A stretch of DNA of 64,000 bases from Armatimonadota bacterium (GCA_039679675.1 JBDKUN010000056.1:84725-148724); one strand, 5' to 3'; counted from the first letter of the stretch, positions 1 through 9,923 are shown. A program made the numbers and translations. The notes: a model not told the origin generated them from the letters alone.

Positions 1-1972
1 CCACTATCCTGAATTTCAGCCAGGTCATATCCTGCCCATCAGCGATCAGCTCGTTTGAGTCGAGCCATACATCGAGGCGCTTTGGCTGGGAATCACTGGC
101 CATCATCTTTTTGATCACGCATTTCCCTGAAATGTATCCTTCAACCGCCAGGTCCTGCCAATATTCGCCCCACAAAAAACCCAGCCCCCTGATAACGAAT
201 GGTGGATGAGGCAGGCCGCCATATTCATCTGAAGACGGGGTAAACTCACCCCTAAGCTCATCTCCAATATATACTTTAATACTCTCGCAATTGCTGAAAA
301 CTACAATCGGATCTACTCCCCCAGCGGCTCTATCGCCAACAGTCCAGCCGGTTGCGATTTCGAGCACTACTTTATCTTTTGGATCGGCTTGGCTGGAATA
401 TCCATAAGCCGCCCATTTAGGAAGCCTGAAGATATCGGATACTCCGTGGTAGCAAATTCTATCCCCCGAACCGAAAGATGCATGAGTGTTGTAATCAAAT
501 GCGCACCAGCCTATAGCACCAGCAATACTGCTGTCCAACGATTGCTTCGATTGAATTTCTGCATGCCGCATTGCATGTTCTAATTTGCGGTCTTCGCAGT
601 CCCAGGTCTTCGTCGGGAACATGTGACCCATAAACTCGGAGATCATGTAGGGTATGTAAACCGGAGGATTAGGCGGATCTACAAAATCATTATAAGTAAA
701 AACGTCTTCAAGGCACTCGCTATCTCTAATGCAACGTACTCCGCCGGTCTGCCTGGTAGGATCAAGTTTATGGGCGAGTGCATTGGTCTCGGTATAGAAA
801 TCATGATCATCCTGAGACTCGTTGATCCTGACTCCCCATAAAATAATCGATGGGCGGTTTCTGTCTCGCTTAATCATTGCAGTTAGGTCAGCTTTAGAGA
901 CTTCTTTCCACGCACTGTCCCCGATGTGTTGCCAGCCTGGTAACTCTTCGAATACGAGAAGCCCTATCTCGTCGCATCTATCAAGAAAATGAGGTGATTG
1001 CGGGCAGTGGGACGTTCGCATCAGATTGAGTGCCAGATCGTATTTCAGAATGTCTGCATCCTGCACTTGAAGCCTTTTCGGAGCTGCCTGCCCAATAAAT
1101 GGATAAGCCTGGCTTCTATTTAACCCCCTAAGCTTGAGTGCTTTACCGTTCAGCCTGAATGCTCCATCCTTGCAAAACTCAACCTTACGGAAGCCGAACT
1201 TGAAACTGTAACTATCCAGCACTTCCTCATCAGCACTGAAAAGTTTAACTTCTACCCGATAAAGATATGGAGATTCAATCGACCAGAGATTGATATCAGC
1301 GAGATCATTAAGAGAAATCAAGCAATCGCCCGCATCTGCTTCGCAAGTCGCAGATGCAATCTCTCTGCCCGAAAGCTCACTCAAAGAGATGCTTACGGTC
1401 TGCCCGGCTGCAGGATTATCGATCGAAATATTCGCAGACAATTTAGGAGAAGTGAGCACATCGACTCCCCACGCGAAAACATCGCTGATGAAAGACTTGG
1501 CGCATACTCTTAAGTAAACATCGCGATAGATGCCGCCGAATGTGAGGTAGTCCACCATGTAACCAAATGGAGGTATATCCGGTCTTTCATTCGAATCGAC
1601 TTGCACGGCTATAAGTGCTTCAGTTCCCGGTTCTACCAGCCCCGTAAGCTCAACAGAGAATGGAATGTATCCGCCCTTGTGCTCATCGGCTGCCTTTACA
1701 CCGTTCACGTAAACGGTGCAGGCAGTCATTACACCATCGAAGTCAAGAAAGACCCTTTTATCTACTGCTCGGAGAGGCACTGCTACCTTTTTCCTATACC
1801 AGGAAACAATCTGGTATTCCTTATCATCGAACCCGTTATGAGGAAAGAGTTTGTTCGTATGAGGAAGACAGATTTTCTCCCATGTCTTGTCGTCAAACTC
1901 GACCTTTTCACTTCCACTTATATCATCGGGGCGATAGCGCCATCCGCGGTTAATATTTTCTCGCCAAGCCAA
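1..1972 (-). CDS. Glycoside hydrolase family 2 (beta-galactosidase-like), runs off the left edge
   Basis: Absent from the ORF track. Hand translation from TTG 1972 (RBS AGGAG) gives LAWRENINRGWRY...WEKICLPH...FLDFDGVM...HKGGYIPF...DYLTFGGIYRDV, and further on VRTSHCPQSPHFLDRCDEIGLLVFEELPGWQH and RNDPNEPE-like segments typical of GH2. Confidence 0.88.
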   Translation of the reverse strand, partial: MAWRENINRGWRYRPDDISGSEKVEFDDKTWEKICLPHTNKLFPHNGFDDKEYQIVSWYRKKVAVPLRAVDKRVFLDFDGVMTACTVYVNGVKAADEHKGGYIPFSVELTGLVEPGTEALIAVQVDSNERPDIPPFGYMVDYLTFGGIYRDVYLRVCAKSFISDVFAWGVDVLTSPKLSANISIDNPAAGQTVSISLSELSGREIASATCEADAGDCLISLNDLADINLWSIESPYLYRVEVKLFSADEEVLDSYSFKFGFRKVEFCKDGAFRLNGKALKLRGLNRSQAYPFIGQAAPKRLQVQDADILKYDLALNLMRTSHCPQSPHFLDRCDEIGLLVFEELPGWQHIGDSAWKEVSKADLTAMIKRDRNRPSIILWGVRINESQDDHDFYTETNALAHKLDPTRQTGGVRCIRDSECLEDVFTYNDFVDPPNPPVYIPYMISEFMGHMFPTKTWDCEDRKLEHAMRHAEIQSKQSLDSSIAGAIGWCAFDYNTHASFGSGDRICYHGVSDIFRLPKWAAYGYSSQADPKDKVVLEIATGWTVGDRAAGGVDPIVVFSNCESIKVYIGDELRGEFTPSSDEYGGLPHPPFVIRGLGFLWGEYWQDLAVEGYISGKCVIKKMMASDSQPKRLDVWLDSNELIADGQDMTWLKFRIV

Positions 1973-2249
1973 TCGTTTACTCCTGTTACCCGTATGTATA
2001 ATGCCCCGGTTGTCTGGACACGGTTTTGCATTACGCCGCTATTGGTTGTAAACGCTCATTTTCGTAGCGCTGCCGGGCTTCAAACGGTGTCATGAAGCCC
2101 GGCTTTCAAATTGTCTCAGAACTCTAGCACAGCCCGCCTGACCTCGTCAAGATATTTGAAGACTCTGCCGTAAATAACCTACGCTTTTAAAGCGGTGTGC
2201 ACTTTTTGCACCGAAAAAGATGCAGGAAGATTCGTGGCAGATGTGGAAA

Positions 2250-2460
2250 GGGTACATGTTCGGTAGATGTGGTGGCCTATGAGGCTGCGACTCGGCGCTT
2301 GGGATGAGGAGATGCGGGACTATCCTCTTGGCGGAAGCCTCCCCCGACTCTCCATCGTTTGAGGCGTCGAAGATCAGTATCAAGAGAGGGCCCATTTTGG
2401 GCCTGCGGGCTAGACCACGAGCCCCATCTCCTCTTAAAGATGGGACGCCGGATGTGAGCC
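2250..2460 (+). ncRNA. Candidate ~200-nt structured RNA, 6S (SsrS)-like
   Basis: Ends pair (CATGTTCGGT 2255-2264 / GCCGGATGTG 2447-2456). Nested stems include TCGGCGCTT/AGGCGTCGA and GATG..CGGG/CCCG..CATC. Followed by a terminator-like hairpin. Confidence 0.4.
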
Positions 2461-2514
2461 GGGCCCGGGAGACGTTCGGGGTAACTTCGAGTCTTTCGCG
2501 CCGGGCTCTTTATT
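2456..2514 (+). terminator. Long GC-rich hairpin followed by TTTATT
   Basis: GAGCC-GGGC...GCCGGGCTC inverted repeat with a T-rich tail. Confidence 0.5.
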
Positions 2515-2527
2515 GTACCAGACCCTT

Positions 2528-3505
2528 ATGGAATCCCGAATAGAGATAATTACAGTTGAAGACGGAGCAGGCGAACGCATCGATGCGTTCATAGCCGCAA
2601 GAATACCGGGGCTCACCCGGTCTGCGGTCGGCCGTCTCATAGATGAAGAACTGGTTACTATCGGCGGCGTGCTGGTAAAGGCCAAGCACAAGGTCAAAAC
2701 AGGCGATGAGATAACTGTAGAAATCCCGCCGCCCGCGCCGACGGACATCAAGGCGGAGAAAATCCCGCTTGATGTGGTCTACGAGGACTCCGACATTATC
2801 GTCGTGAACAAACCCAAGGGTATGACGACCCACCCAGCCCCAGGTTCTCCCGCAGGAACGCTCGTCAACGCGCTCCTTGCCCGCGATACCGGTCTTTCGG
2901 CTGTCGGCGGAGTCCAGCGCCCCGGAATAGTCCACCGGCTGGACAAGGACACATCCGGTCTGATAGTCGTTGCAAAAAACGATGCAGCTCATGTGAGCCT
3001 TCAGTTCCAGATTCAGAAAAAAACGGCGGCCAGGAGATATATCGCGCTAGTCTGGGGCGACACGAAGTTCGAAAAGGCGGTAGTAGACGCGCCTATAGGA
3101 CGCCATCCGAGTGATAGAAAGAAGATGGCGGTCGTCACGAACGGCCAGGCAAGACCTGCTGTGACGGACCTCAGGGTGATGGAACGGCTTTCCGGGTTTA
3201 CTCTTCTTGAAGCCTCGCTTCGGACCGGAAGGACGCACCAGATAAGGGTCCACTGCGCGTATATCGGCCACCCCGTGGTGGGCGACTCCGTCTACTGCGG
3301 CAGAAGACATTCTCCCAGCAGGTTCGGGCCAAAAGGCAGGCTGGAATTCGAAAAATTGGTCGAAGCGCTTAAGGGGCAGGCGCTCCATGCATACAAGCTT
3401 TCGTTCAGCCACCCGCGCACCGGGGAACTTATGTCGTTCGAGACCCCTATCCCTAAAGATATGGCCGTGCTGATCGACTGGCTGAGAGCGCGGACTGGAA
3501 CATAA
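2528..3505 (+). CDS. rluD: RluA/RluD family pseudouridine synthase
   Basis: N-terminal S4 domain, VNKPKG, HRLDKDTSG catalytic motif, GRTHQIRVH, QALHA; start codon uncertain (2513 or 2528). Confidence 0.93.
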   Translation: MESRIEIITVEDGAGERIDAFIAARIPGLTRSAVGRLIDEELVTIGGVLVKAKHKVKTGDEITVEIPPPAPTDIKAEKIPLDVVYEDSDIIVVNKPKGMTTHPAPGSPAGTLVNALLARDTGLSAVGGVQRPGIVHRLDKDTSGLIVVAKNDAAHVSLQFQIQKKTAARRYIALVWGDTKFEKAVVDAPIGRHPSDRKKMAVVTNGQARPAVTDLRVMERLSGFTLLEASLRTGRTHQIRVHCAYIGHPVVGDSVYCGRRHSPSRFGPKGRLEFEKLVEALKGQALHAYKLSFSHPRTGELMSFETPIPKDMAVLIDWLRARTGT

Positions 3506-3547
3506 ATAGGATGTCATTCTGACTTTGATTCAGGGCCCATTTTTCTC

Positions 3548-3576
3548 TTGACACGTACGCCAAGCTCAACTAGCAT
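3548..3576 (+). promoter_or_regulatory. sigma70-type promoter
   Basis: TTGACA-N17-TAGCAT. Confidence 0.6.
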
Positions 3577-3626
3577 GAACTGGCAGGTGCTTGTTCAAAA
3601 GTGTTTTCCTGTGAGGGATTCCCACT

Positions 3627-3971
3627 ATGGCTCGAAAAAAAAGCCCCGCTCCCGGAGAGCGGCGTAGAAGGCGAAAATCAACGGTTTTGCAGAAGGTGAT
3701 TTGCTGTGTTTTAGCCGCAGCAACCGTCTTTTGCGCGTTTATCGTCATCCGTCAGGCAGTCCGTCCCATAACTCTTCTCTGTAAAGGCAAATCTGAGGTC
3801 CGCCAGATGGAGACCCAGTATGCTAAGGATAAGGCCGAAAACGCAGCACTTCTCAAGAAACGCCGCTACCTGCTCACTCCGTCAGGCTCCGAAGCGGAAG
3901 CCCGCAAGCTCGGATACGTCCGTCCCGGCGAAGTTTCCGTAATAATAGAAGACAAAAAGGCTCCAAAATAG
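3627..3971 (+). CDS. Septum formation initiator (FtsB/DivIC-like)
   Basis: Basic N-terminus, one TM helix, coiled coil, EARKLGYVRPGE motif. Confidence 0.75.
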   Translation: MARKKSPAPGERRRRRKSTVLQKVICCVLAAATVFCAFIVIRQAVRPITLLCKGKSEVRQMETQYAKDKAENAALLKKRRYLLTPSGSEAEARKLGYVRPGEVSVIIEDKKAPK

Positions 3972-4042
3972 CCTGCCGCCTCTGCTCTGCCTTGCATTTA
4001 GATATCAGGACCGATATTTTAAACAAATTGAGAAAAATTCAC

Positions 4043-4071
4043 TTGACCTATAGCTCCTGGCGCGCTATATT
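4043..4071 (+). promoter_or_regulatory. sigma70-type promoter
   Basis: TTGACC-N17-TATATT. Confidence 0.55.
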
Positions 4072-4122
4072 GATCAGTAACGCAGGCAAGCGTTTTGTCA
4101 TCAGGGATGGGAGACTTAAGGA

Positions 4123-4461
4123 GTGTTCGGTTCTGATTGCTCTGATATGTTCTTTACCTGCACGGTCAAGGATGGGATGGTGCACGTAAGCGGCGAGGTG
4201 GATATGAACACAGCGCCTACGCTTTACGATGCCCTGGTCGTATGCGCGAAAGATACCGGATGCCTGCCCACTATAGATCTCGGCGGTGTGACCTACTTCG
4301 ATTCTTCTGGCGTTCAAGCCCTTGTCGATGCAAGAGTAATTGAAACAAACAGTAATGGTCCGGCGCGTATAGTGGGTGTCCGTCCTAATGTCATGCGCAT
4401 AATGCGGCTCGTAGGTCTGGACCAGTTGTTCGACATCATTGGAGAGAACGAAAAGCTGTGA
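4123..4461 (+). CDS. STAS-domain anti-sigma factor antagonist
   Basis: VSGEVDMNTAP, IDLGGVTYFDSSG (phosphoacceptor Ser motif), RIMRLVGLDQLF. Confidence 0.88.
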   Translation: MFGSDCSDMFFTCTVKDGMVHVSGEVDMNTAPTLYDALVVCAKDTGCLPTIDLGGVTYFDSSGVQALVDARVIETNSNGPARIVGVRPNVMRIMRLVGLDQLFDIIGENEKL

Positions 4462-4479
4462 TCTCTCGCGGGTTGTAAT

Positions 4480-5046
4480 ATGAATGAAAAGACTGAGCGG
4501 GAGAAGATGCTTTCCGGGGAGCTGTACAACGCGAATGACCCGGAGCTTACCTCGGCCCGACGCAGGGCCAGAAGCCTGTACCGGCGGTTCAATGTGACCG
4601 ATGGCGAAGGTGAGCGGCTTGCCATCCTTCTCGACCTCCTTGGCCGGATGGGCGCAGGCGTTTCGATAAATCCCCCTTTCTATGTTGACTACGGCTCGAA
4701 TATTTACCTCGGCGGCCATGTATATATGAACCTTGGCTGCACCATACTTGATTGTGCGGAAGTCAGGATCGGCGATAACGTTATGATCGGGCCGAACGTC
4801 CAAATCTATGCAGCTACTCACCCGGTTGAGGCTGTTTCCAGAATCGCTGGCCCGGAACTGGCGCGGCCGGTCGCGATAGAGGAAAATGTCTGGATCGGCG
4901 GCGGGGCGATAATCTGCCCCGGAGTAACAATAGGCAGGAACACCACGATAGGTGCAGGCACTGTAGTGACGAAAAACGTCCCGCCAAACGTAGTAGCCGC
5001 CGGTAATCCCGCCCGCGTGATCAGAACCCTCGGCGTTATTGCATGA
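4480..5046 (+). CDS. maa: Maltose/sugar O-acetyltransferase
   Basis: EKMLSGELY, PPFYVDYG, hexapeptide repeats, VAAGNPARVI. Confidence 0.9.
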   Translation: MNEKTEREKMLSGELYNANDPELTSARRRARSLYRRFNVTDGEGERLAILLDLLGRMGAGVSINPPFYVDYGSNIYLGGHVYMNLGCTILDCAEVRIGDNVMIGPNVQIYAATHPVEAVSRIAGPELARPVAIEENVWIGGGAIICPGVTIGRNTTIGAGTVVTKNVPPNVVAAGNPARVIRTLGVIA

Positions 5047-5166
5047 TTTTAGGGAACAGAAGGGCTTCTCTGCTCGTTTTCCATCATTTGATCGAAGTTC
5101 TTGAATTCACCTGATGAGTTATAATATATCGATTTAATCAAGTAGTCAGATTGCGAGGAAATTGTT

Positions 5167-5685
5167 TTGGTAAGTGAAGTTGAAATACGTCCGGCAAAAG
5201 AAGAAGACATGGCTGTTATTAACGAAATTTATAACCATGCTGTCAGGACGTCTACGGCGACATTTGAAACAGAAGAAAAAACCTATGAAGAACGGATGGA
5301 ATGGTTCAGACGGCATGGCGGCCGTTATCCCGTCTTCGTCACCGTAGTAGATGGTAAGGTAGTCGGGTGGGGGTCTATTTCCCCGTATAGTTCCACTCAC
5401 AACGGCTGGAAGTTTACGGTCGAAAGCTCCATCTACGTCGACCCGAACTGCAAAGGGAGGGGGCTTGGGAAATTGCTCGCAGGGCACACCGTCAGTACTG
5501 CTCAAAAGCTCGGCCACCATGCGATAATTGCACAGGTTGTCGAAGACAATATTGCAAGCCTCAAGATGCTCGAAAGACACGGGTTCGAGGCGGTCGGTGT
5601 TCTGAAGGACGCCGGTTACAAGTTCGACCAGTGGCTGAACGTAGTCCTGATGGAAAAACTGCTGCCGGTTGAAGATAAAGGCTGA
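5167..5685 (+). CDS. GNAT N-acetyltransferase (phosphinothricin acetyltransferase-like)
   Basis: IYNHAV, TVESSIYV, GRGLGK, NIASL, GYKFDQWLNV. Confidence 0.85.
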   Translation: MVSEVEIRPAKEEDMAVINEIYNHAVRTSTATFETEEKTYEERMEWFRRHGGRYPVFVTVVDGKVVGWGSISPYSSTHNGWKFTVESSIYVDPNCKGRGLGKLLAGHTVSTAQKLGHHAIIAQVVEDNIASLKMLERHGFEAVGVLKDAGYKFDQWLNVVLMEKLLPVEDKG

Positions 5686-5764
5686 TAGCCTGAAGGCTAT
5701 GGGTAAGGATCTACAGGTAGGTTTTCGGTAGTATAGCTATAAATATGTAAGAGAGGAAAAGCCA

Positions 5765-7075
5765 ATGAAGGAATTCTTCCCAGCCATACGAAAGATCGAG
5801 TTTGAAGGGCCTGATTCAAAGAGCCCGCTCGCATTCAAGCACTATAACGCCGCAGAGATGGTCCTCGGAAAGCCGATGTCCGAGCATCTCAGGTTTGCTG
5901 CAGCCTACTGGCACACATTTAAAGCAGCCGGTGACGATCCGTTCGGCGAAGGCACGCGAATCAGGCCGTGGAACAGCTCGACCGACCCTATGGAAGCCGC
6001 GGAGACGACGCTCAGGGCGGCGTTCGAGTTTTTCACCAAGCTTGGGGTAGGGTTCTGGTGCTTCCACGACAGGGACATCGCCCCGGAAGCCGATGATCTC
6101 GCCGAAACGAACAGGCGGCTGGACAGAGTCGTCGATCTTGCGGAGAAACTGCAGAATGATACCGGCGTCAGGCTCCTCTGGGGGACCGCGAACGCTTTTA
6201 CCCGCAGGCGGTTTATGGCCGGAGCCTCCACTAACCCATCGCCTGAAGTCTTTGCCTATGCTGCAGGCCAGGTAAAGAAGGCGATGGAAGTAACAAAGCG
6301 GCTGAACGGCGCTGGATATGTCTTCTGGGGCGGGCGCGAAGGCTATGAGACGCTGCTTAATACGGATATGAAGCGGGAACTGGAGCACCTCGCTATATTC
6401 CTCAGGATGGCCGCAGATTATAAGAAAAAGATCGGGTTTGAGGGGCAGCTATACATCGAACCGAAGCCCAAGGAACCGACGAAACATCAGTATGACTTCG
6501 ATTCCGCCACAGTTTATGGTTTTTTACTGAAAAATGGGCTCGATAAGGATTTCAAGATCAATGTCGAGGCAAACCATGCAACACTTGCCGGACATACGTT
6601 CCACCATGAGCTTGAATTCTGTGCGGCGAACGGAATACTCGGTTCCGTCGATGCGAACCGGGGCGATGAGCAGCTCGGCTGGGACACGGACCAGTTCCCC
6701 ACGAATATCTACGATACGACGCTTGCAATGCACACGATCCTTCGCTGCGGAGGGTTCACCACAGGCGGGCTGAACTTCGATGCGAAGGTCCGCAGGCAGT
6801 CTATAGACCCGGAAGACCTGTTCCATGCCCACATCGGCGCAATGGACGCATTTGCGCGGGGATTGAAAAACGCCGCGAGGATCATAGAAGATGGTCGGCT
6901 CGAGGAAATAGTGAAAGAACGCTACTCCGGCTGGGACGCCGGTATCGGTTCAGAGATCGAGAGCCGCGAGGTAGGGTTCGAAGAGCTTGAATCCTATACG
7001 CTGAAACATGGTGAACCACAAATCCTGAGCGGCCACCAGGAAATGATCGAGAACATACTAAACGAATACGTCTGA
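5765..7075 (+). CDS. xylA: Xylose isomerase (class II)
   Basis: AYWHTF, FHDRD, WGGREGY, EPKPKEPTKHQYDFD, GWDTDQF, GGLNFDAK. Confidence 0.97.
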   Translation: MKEFFPAIRKIEFEGPDSKSPLAFKHYNAAEMVLGKPMSEHLRFAAAYWHTFKAAGDDPFGEGTRIRPWNSSTDPMEAAETTLRAAFEFFTKLGVGFWCFHDRDIAPEADDLAETNRRLDRVVDLAEKLQNDTGVRLLWGTANAFTRRRFMAGASTNPSPEVFAYAAGQVKKAMEVTKRLNGAGYVFWGGREGYETLLNTDMKRELEHLAIFLRMAADYKKKIGFEGQLYIEPKPKEPTKHQYDFDSATVYGFLLKNGLDKDFKINVEANHATLAGHTFHHELEFCAANGILGSVDANRGDEQLGWDTDQFPTNIYDTTLAMHTILRCGGFTTGGLNFDAKVRRQSIDPEDLFHAHIGAMDAFARGLKNAARIIEDGRLEEIVKERYSGWDAGIGSEIESREVGFEELESYTLKHGEPQILSGHQEMIENILNEYV

Positions 7076-7102
7076 CAGCATATAATATGCCTGCAAATCA
7101 AG

Positions 7103-7129
7103 GTTTCAGGTGCGGCCTGCACCTGAAAC
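7103..7129 (+). terminator. Hairpin after xylA
   Basis: GTTTCAGGTGC/GCACCTGAAAC inverted repeat; no clear U-tract. Confidence 0.45.
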
Positions 7130-7227
7130 TCCCCTGAATGATTTTAGTATTAGCCCAAAAACTGCAAACAACCACAAGTAAATCGCCCCGTGTGTTTAGT
7201 ATAATCAATAAAATAGTAAAATAGTAG

Positions 7228-7256
7228 TTGACAAGCAGTCTTACACATGGTATATA
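7228..7256 (+). promoter_or_regulatory. Promoter of paralog 1
   Basis: TTGACA-N17-TATATA with TGG before -10; same layout upstream of all four paralogs. Confidence 0.7.
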
Positions 7257-7341
7257 GGCATATATGGCATAAACACCAGCTACTAATATTTCACTGATAC
7301 ACCCAAACTGCAAAGTATATGATGATATATTGACGCTTAAA

Positions 7342-7359
7342 TATGCAATCGATTGCATA
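7342..7359. promoter_or_regulatory. LacI-family-type operator candidate
   Basis: Perfect 18-bp palindrome TATGCAATCGATTGCATA fitting TGnAAnCGnTTnCA. Confidence 0.6.
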
Positions 7360-7392
7360 CATGAAGGTGTATAGTGGTGTCTATGTTCCAGA

Positions 7393-7472
7393 TATTCCGT
7401 AAGACGTAGTGGCCGGACGGAATAACAGCCTGAGGTTGACCGTAACCGGTCAATGGAAGAGGCAACCTCAGG
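7393..7472 (+). ncRNA. Conserved leader RNA motif, copy 1
   Basis: Stem TATTCCGT/ACGGAATA around ...TAGTGGCCGG; stem CCTGAGGTTG/CAACCTCAGG around ACCGTAACC..GGAAGAGG. Confidence 0.75.
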
Positions 7473-7619
7473 TACATTTTGGTATGGATCAGCTTCATAC
7501 CATGAATATCCCGGCTGTATTACAGCCGGAAGTCTTGCGGAGAGTTGCAGGTGTGAGTCACACCCGTAATTCTTTAATTGAAGTATCTTCACGTGTATTA
7601 AAAGAGGAGGCGAAAGGAA

Positions 7620-9890
7620 ATGCATAGAAACCTACGTACAACATCAGCTTATAAGCTGACGCTCATGGCTGCAGTGCTGGCCCTTGTTTTCTGTGTGGGG
7701 TTAGCATCTTATGCGTCAACAGTTTCAGGAACCGTAACACGAGGCGGTGTTCCGTGTCCTAATGCTCGTGTAGTTCTCACTCAGGATGGTACGCCTACGG
7801 CGGCGGTTCTGACAGACGCTAACGGCAACTACATTTTCTCCAGTGTCGCACTGGGGTCATACACTCTTACATTCAACGCGATCAATGCAGTCCCTGTGAT
7901 AGGCGACAATTCGTTCGATGTGACTGGGCTTGATGATGAGCATGTGACTGTGGATATGAACCTGACATACGGCTGCACACCCCTCTATGACGACTTCTCA
8001 GGCGCCCAGGTCGATATGTATGATGCATTAACCAACCCGACAGGCAAATGGGAGTATTTAAACGCCGTACCTGACGCTACTTCACTAGACGTCACAGCCG
8101 TCTCTACAGAAAACGGCATGCTGAATATTGCACCCCAGCCGGTAAGAGGGGGAATCATAAGCACGACTGCATTCCCGAAATATGGCTCGTATGAGTGTGT
8201 GCTGCCTCGGCACTGGACCGGGCAAAGCTATTCGGTGGCCAACCAGTGCTTTTGCTTGACAAAAGACAAGGACTCATGGGGATCGTCCATCGATCTGCAG
8301 GACCAGGGTAGTTCAACTGCATATCCTACCATGAACTGCTGGTCCAATGGCACCAAGTTCTGGCAGGGTTCGCCGTGTCTCTACCCGGCCAAGGTCACGG
8401 TACTTAGGACGGGCAAATACTTAGACGTCTTCGTTAACAATGTCTGGATATCAAGCTACACCAGCGATACGGTCGCTGATACGGCTTACATTTACCTGTA
8501 CGGATATGAAAAAGAAACCTCAACTACTAAAACAATTGCTTATTTCGACGATATAAAAGCAGGCGCCACGGTGCCTGTGACATTGAACACTGTTGCCGAG
8601 GCCAGGGCAGCCGCAGCCGATGCGTCTGTCACCATAAGCAACGTCGTAGTAACGGCAAGTTTTGCCAATGCCTTCTGGGTAGAAAATACCGACCGGTCTT
8701 CCGGCATCAAGGTCATCTCGACAGCCAAGCCTGCAGTAGGCCAGAAAGCGACAATCTCCGGTAAGATAGTAAAACAGAACAATGAAGTCGCGCTTCAGGC
8801 GACGGATATTCTCAAGGGCGGCAGTTTCACGGTTCCGGCTGTAGCAGTAACGGGTAAGGTATCAAAGGAGCTTGACAAGGCCGGAGCTTCTGCACAGGGG
8901 CTTTTTGTGAAAGTAGCAGGTAAAGTAAGCGAAACGCCGGACAACGACGGAACTTACATCACAGGTTACTATCTTGACGATGGAAGCGGTATTGCGGTAG
9001 GAACCCACAAGGGGCTCTATGTTAAGCTGGCTGACTCCGTAAAACTGCCTGTCGGTATGATAAACACAGGCGATTTTCTTACAAGAACAGGCCCTCTGAC
9101 CGTGTTTATGGCCGACAGCACAACTCCTGTTCCGTCCGTAATAACAACAGAGTGGATGGATTACAACAGCCCAGCCACATTCACAGCGTATAACGATGTA
9201 GCATATATCCCTGGTTATTATCCTAGTGATGCTCTGACCAAGATTACCAACTACAGTTTCATGGCGGATTCTGCTAATGGTTTTGTACAAGTTGTGCCTA
9301 GTGGGCTCCTCAGAGACTATGCTACTGGCAATTACGTTTCAGAGAGGGCAACTATCTCAGCTTACAATATGGCCACTCTTGGATATGCGGGTGGAGATAT
9401 TGCAGTGGGCTCGGATGCCGAAAAATACTTCGCGGATACAACCGATCCATTAAATACAAAATGGATAGTGAACTTTGTAGGAGCCCCATATGCCGCAAGT
9501 TCGGGCTGGTGGATGGATGTAACCCTCGAAGGACTCGACCCCAATGCGATGTATGAGTTCGTAGGAACGGTGAATAGAAATGAATCCATAAGCAATCCTT
9601 GCGTTACGAGATTCACCATTCTAGATTGTGTTGACCGCACCTATGGATGTTCAGACGGTGCTACTAAGGTAGATGACAGCACTGTCACATTTAATACCAG
9701 CGCCAACGGTGTCGGCTATGTGGCTAGATGGTTCAACATCAAGCCGTCCGCAAATGGCACATTCAGAGTAAGATCGAATTATGTTTCCGGTAATTATAGT
9801 AAAGCTTATGCCATCGGCGGCTTCCGGCTCAGGAAGCAGGCTGGTACTGAGGAAACACCGCCGGGTGGTGGTATACTGCTACCACTATAA
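7620..9890 (+). CDS. Secreted modular surface protein, paralog 1 (signal peptide, carboxypeptidase-regulatory-like domain, lectin-like beta domain, OB-like pair, C-terminal beta domain)
   Basis: 756-aa ORF, RBS GAGGAGG, Sec signal peptide, TDANGNY, LYDDFSG..AYFDDIKAG, WVENTDRSSGIKV, YYLDDGSG; domain names are inferred. Confidence 0.85.
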   Translation: MHRNLRTTSAYKLTLMAAVLALVFCVGLASYASTVSGTVTRGGVPCPNARVVLTQDGTPTAAVLTDANGNYIFSSVALGSYTLTFNAINAVPVIGDNSFDVTGLDDEHVTVDMNLTYGCTPLYDDFSGAQVDMYDALTNPTGKWEYLNAVPDATSLDVTAVSTENGMLNIAPQPVRGGIISTTAFPKYGSYECVLPRHWTGQSYSVANQCFCLTKDKDSWGSSIDLQDQGSSTAYPTMNCWSNGTKFWQGSPCLYPAKVTVLRTGKYLDVFVNNVWISSYTSDTVADTAYIYLYGYEKETSTTKTIAYFDDIKAGATVPVTLNTVAEARAAAADASVTISNVVVTASFANAFWVENTDRSSGIKVISTAKPAVGQKATISGKIVKQNNEVALQATDILKGGSFTVPAVAVTGKVSKELDKAGASAQGLFVKVAGKVSETPDNDGTYITGYYLDDGSGIAVGTHKGLYVKLADSVKLPVGMINTGDFLTRTGPLTVFMADSTTPVPSVITTEWMDYNSPATFTAYNDVAYIPGYYPSDALTKITNYSFMADSANGFVQVVPSGLLRDYATGNYVSERATISAYNMATLGYAGGDIAVGSDAEKYFADTTDPLNTKWIVNFVGAPYAASSGWWMDVTLEGLDPNAMYEFVGTVNRNESISNPCVTRFTILDCVDRTYGCSDGATKVDDSTVTFNTSANGVGYVARWFNIKPSANGTFRVRSNYVSGNYSKAYAIGGFRLRKQAGTEETPPGGGILLPL

Positions 9891-9923
9891 GTATTAGCAA
9901 TCTCGATTGTTATATAACGTAAC

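Noticed and set aside
389..2095. Plus-strand short ORFs
   Set aside because: They are antisense shadows of the minus-strand GH2 gene; the same applies to most short ORFs overlapping called genes.
7429..7472. Leader motif as a twister or other self-cleaving ribozyme (TAA opposite AAG/GAGG)
   Set aside because: It lacks the twister P4 loop and pseudoknot partners, and has no hammerhead CUGANGA/GAAA core.
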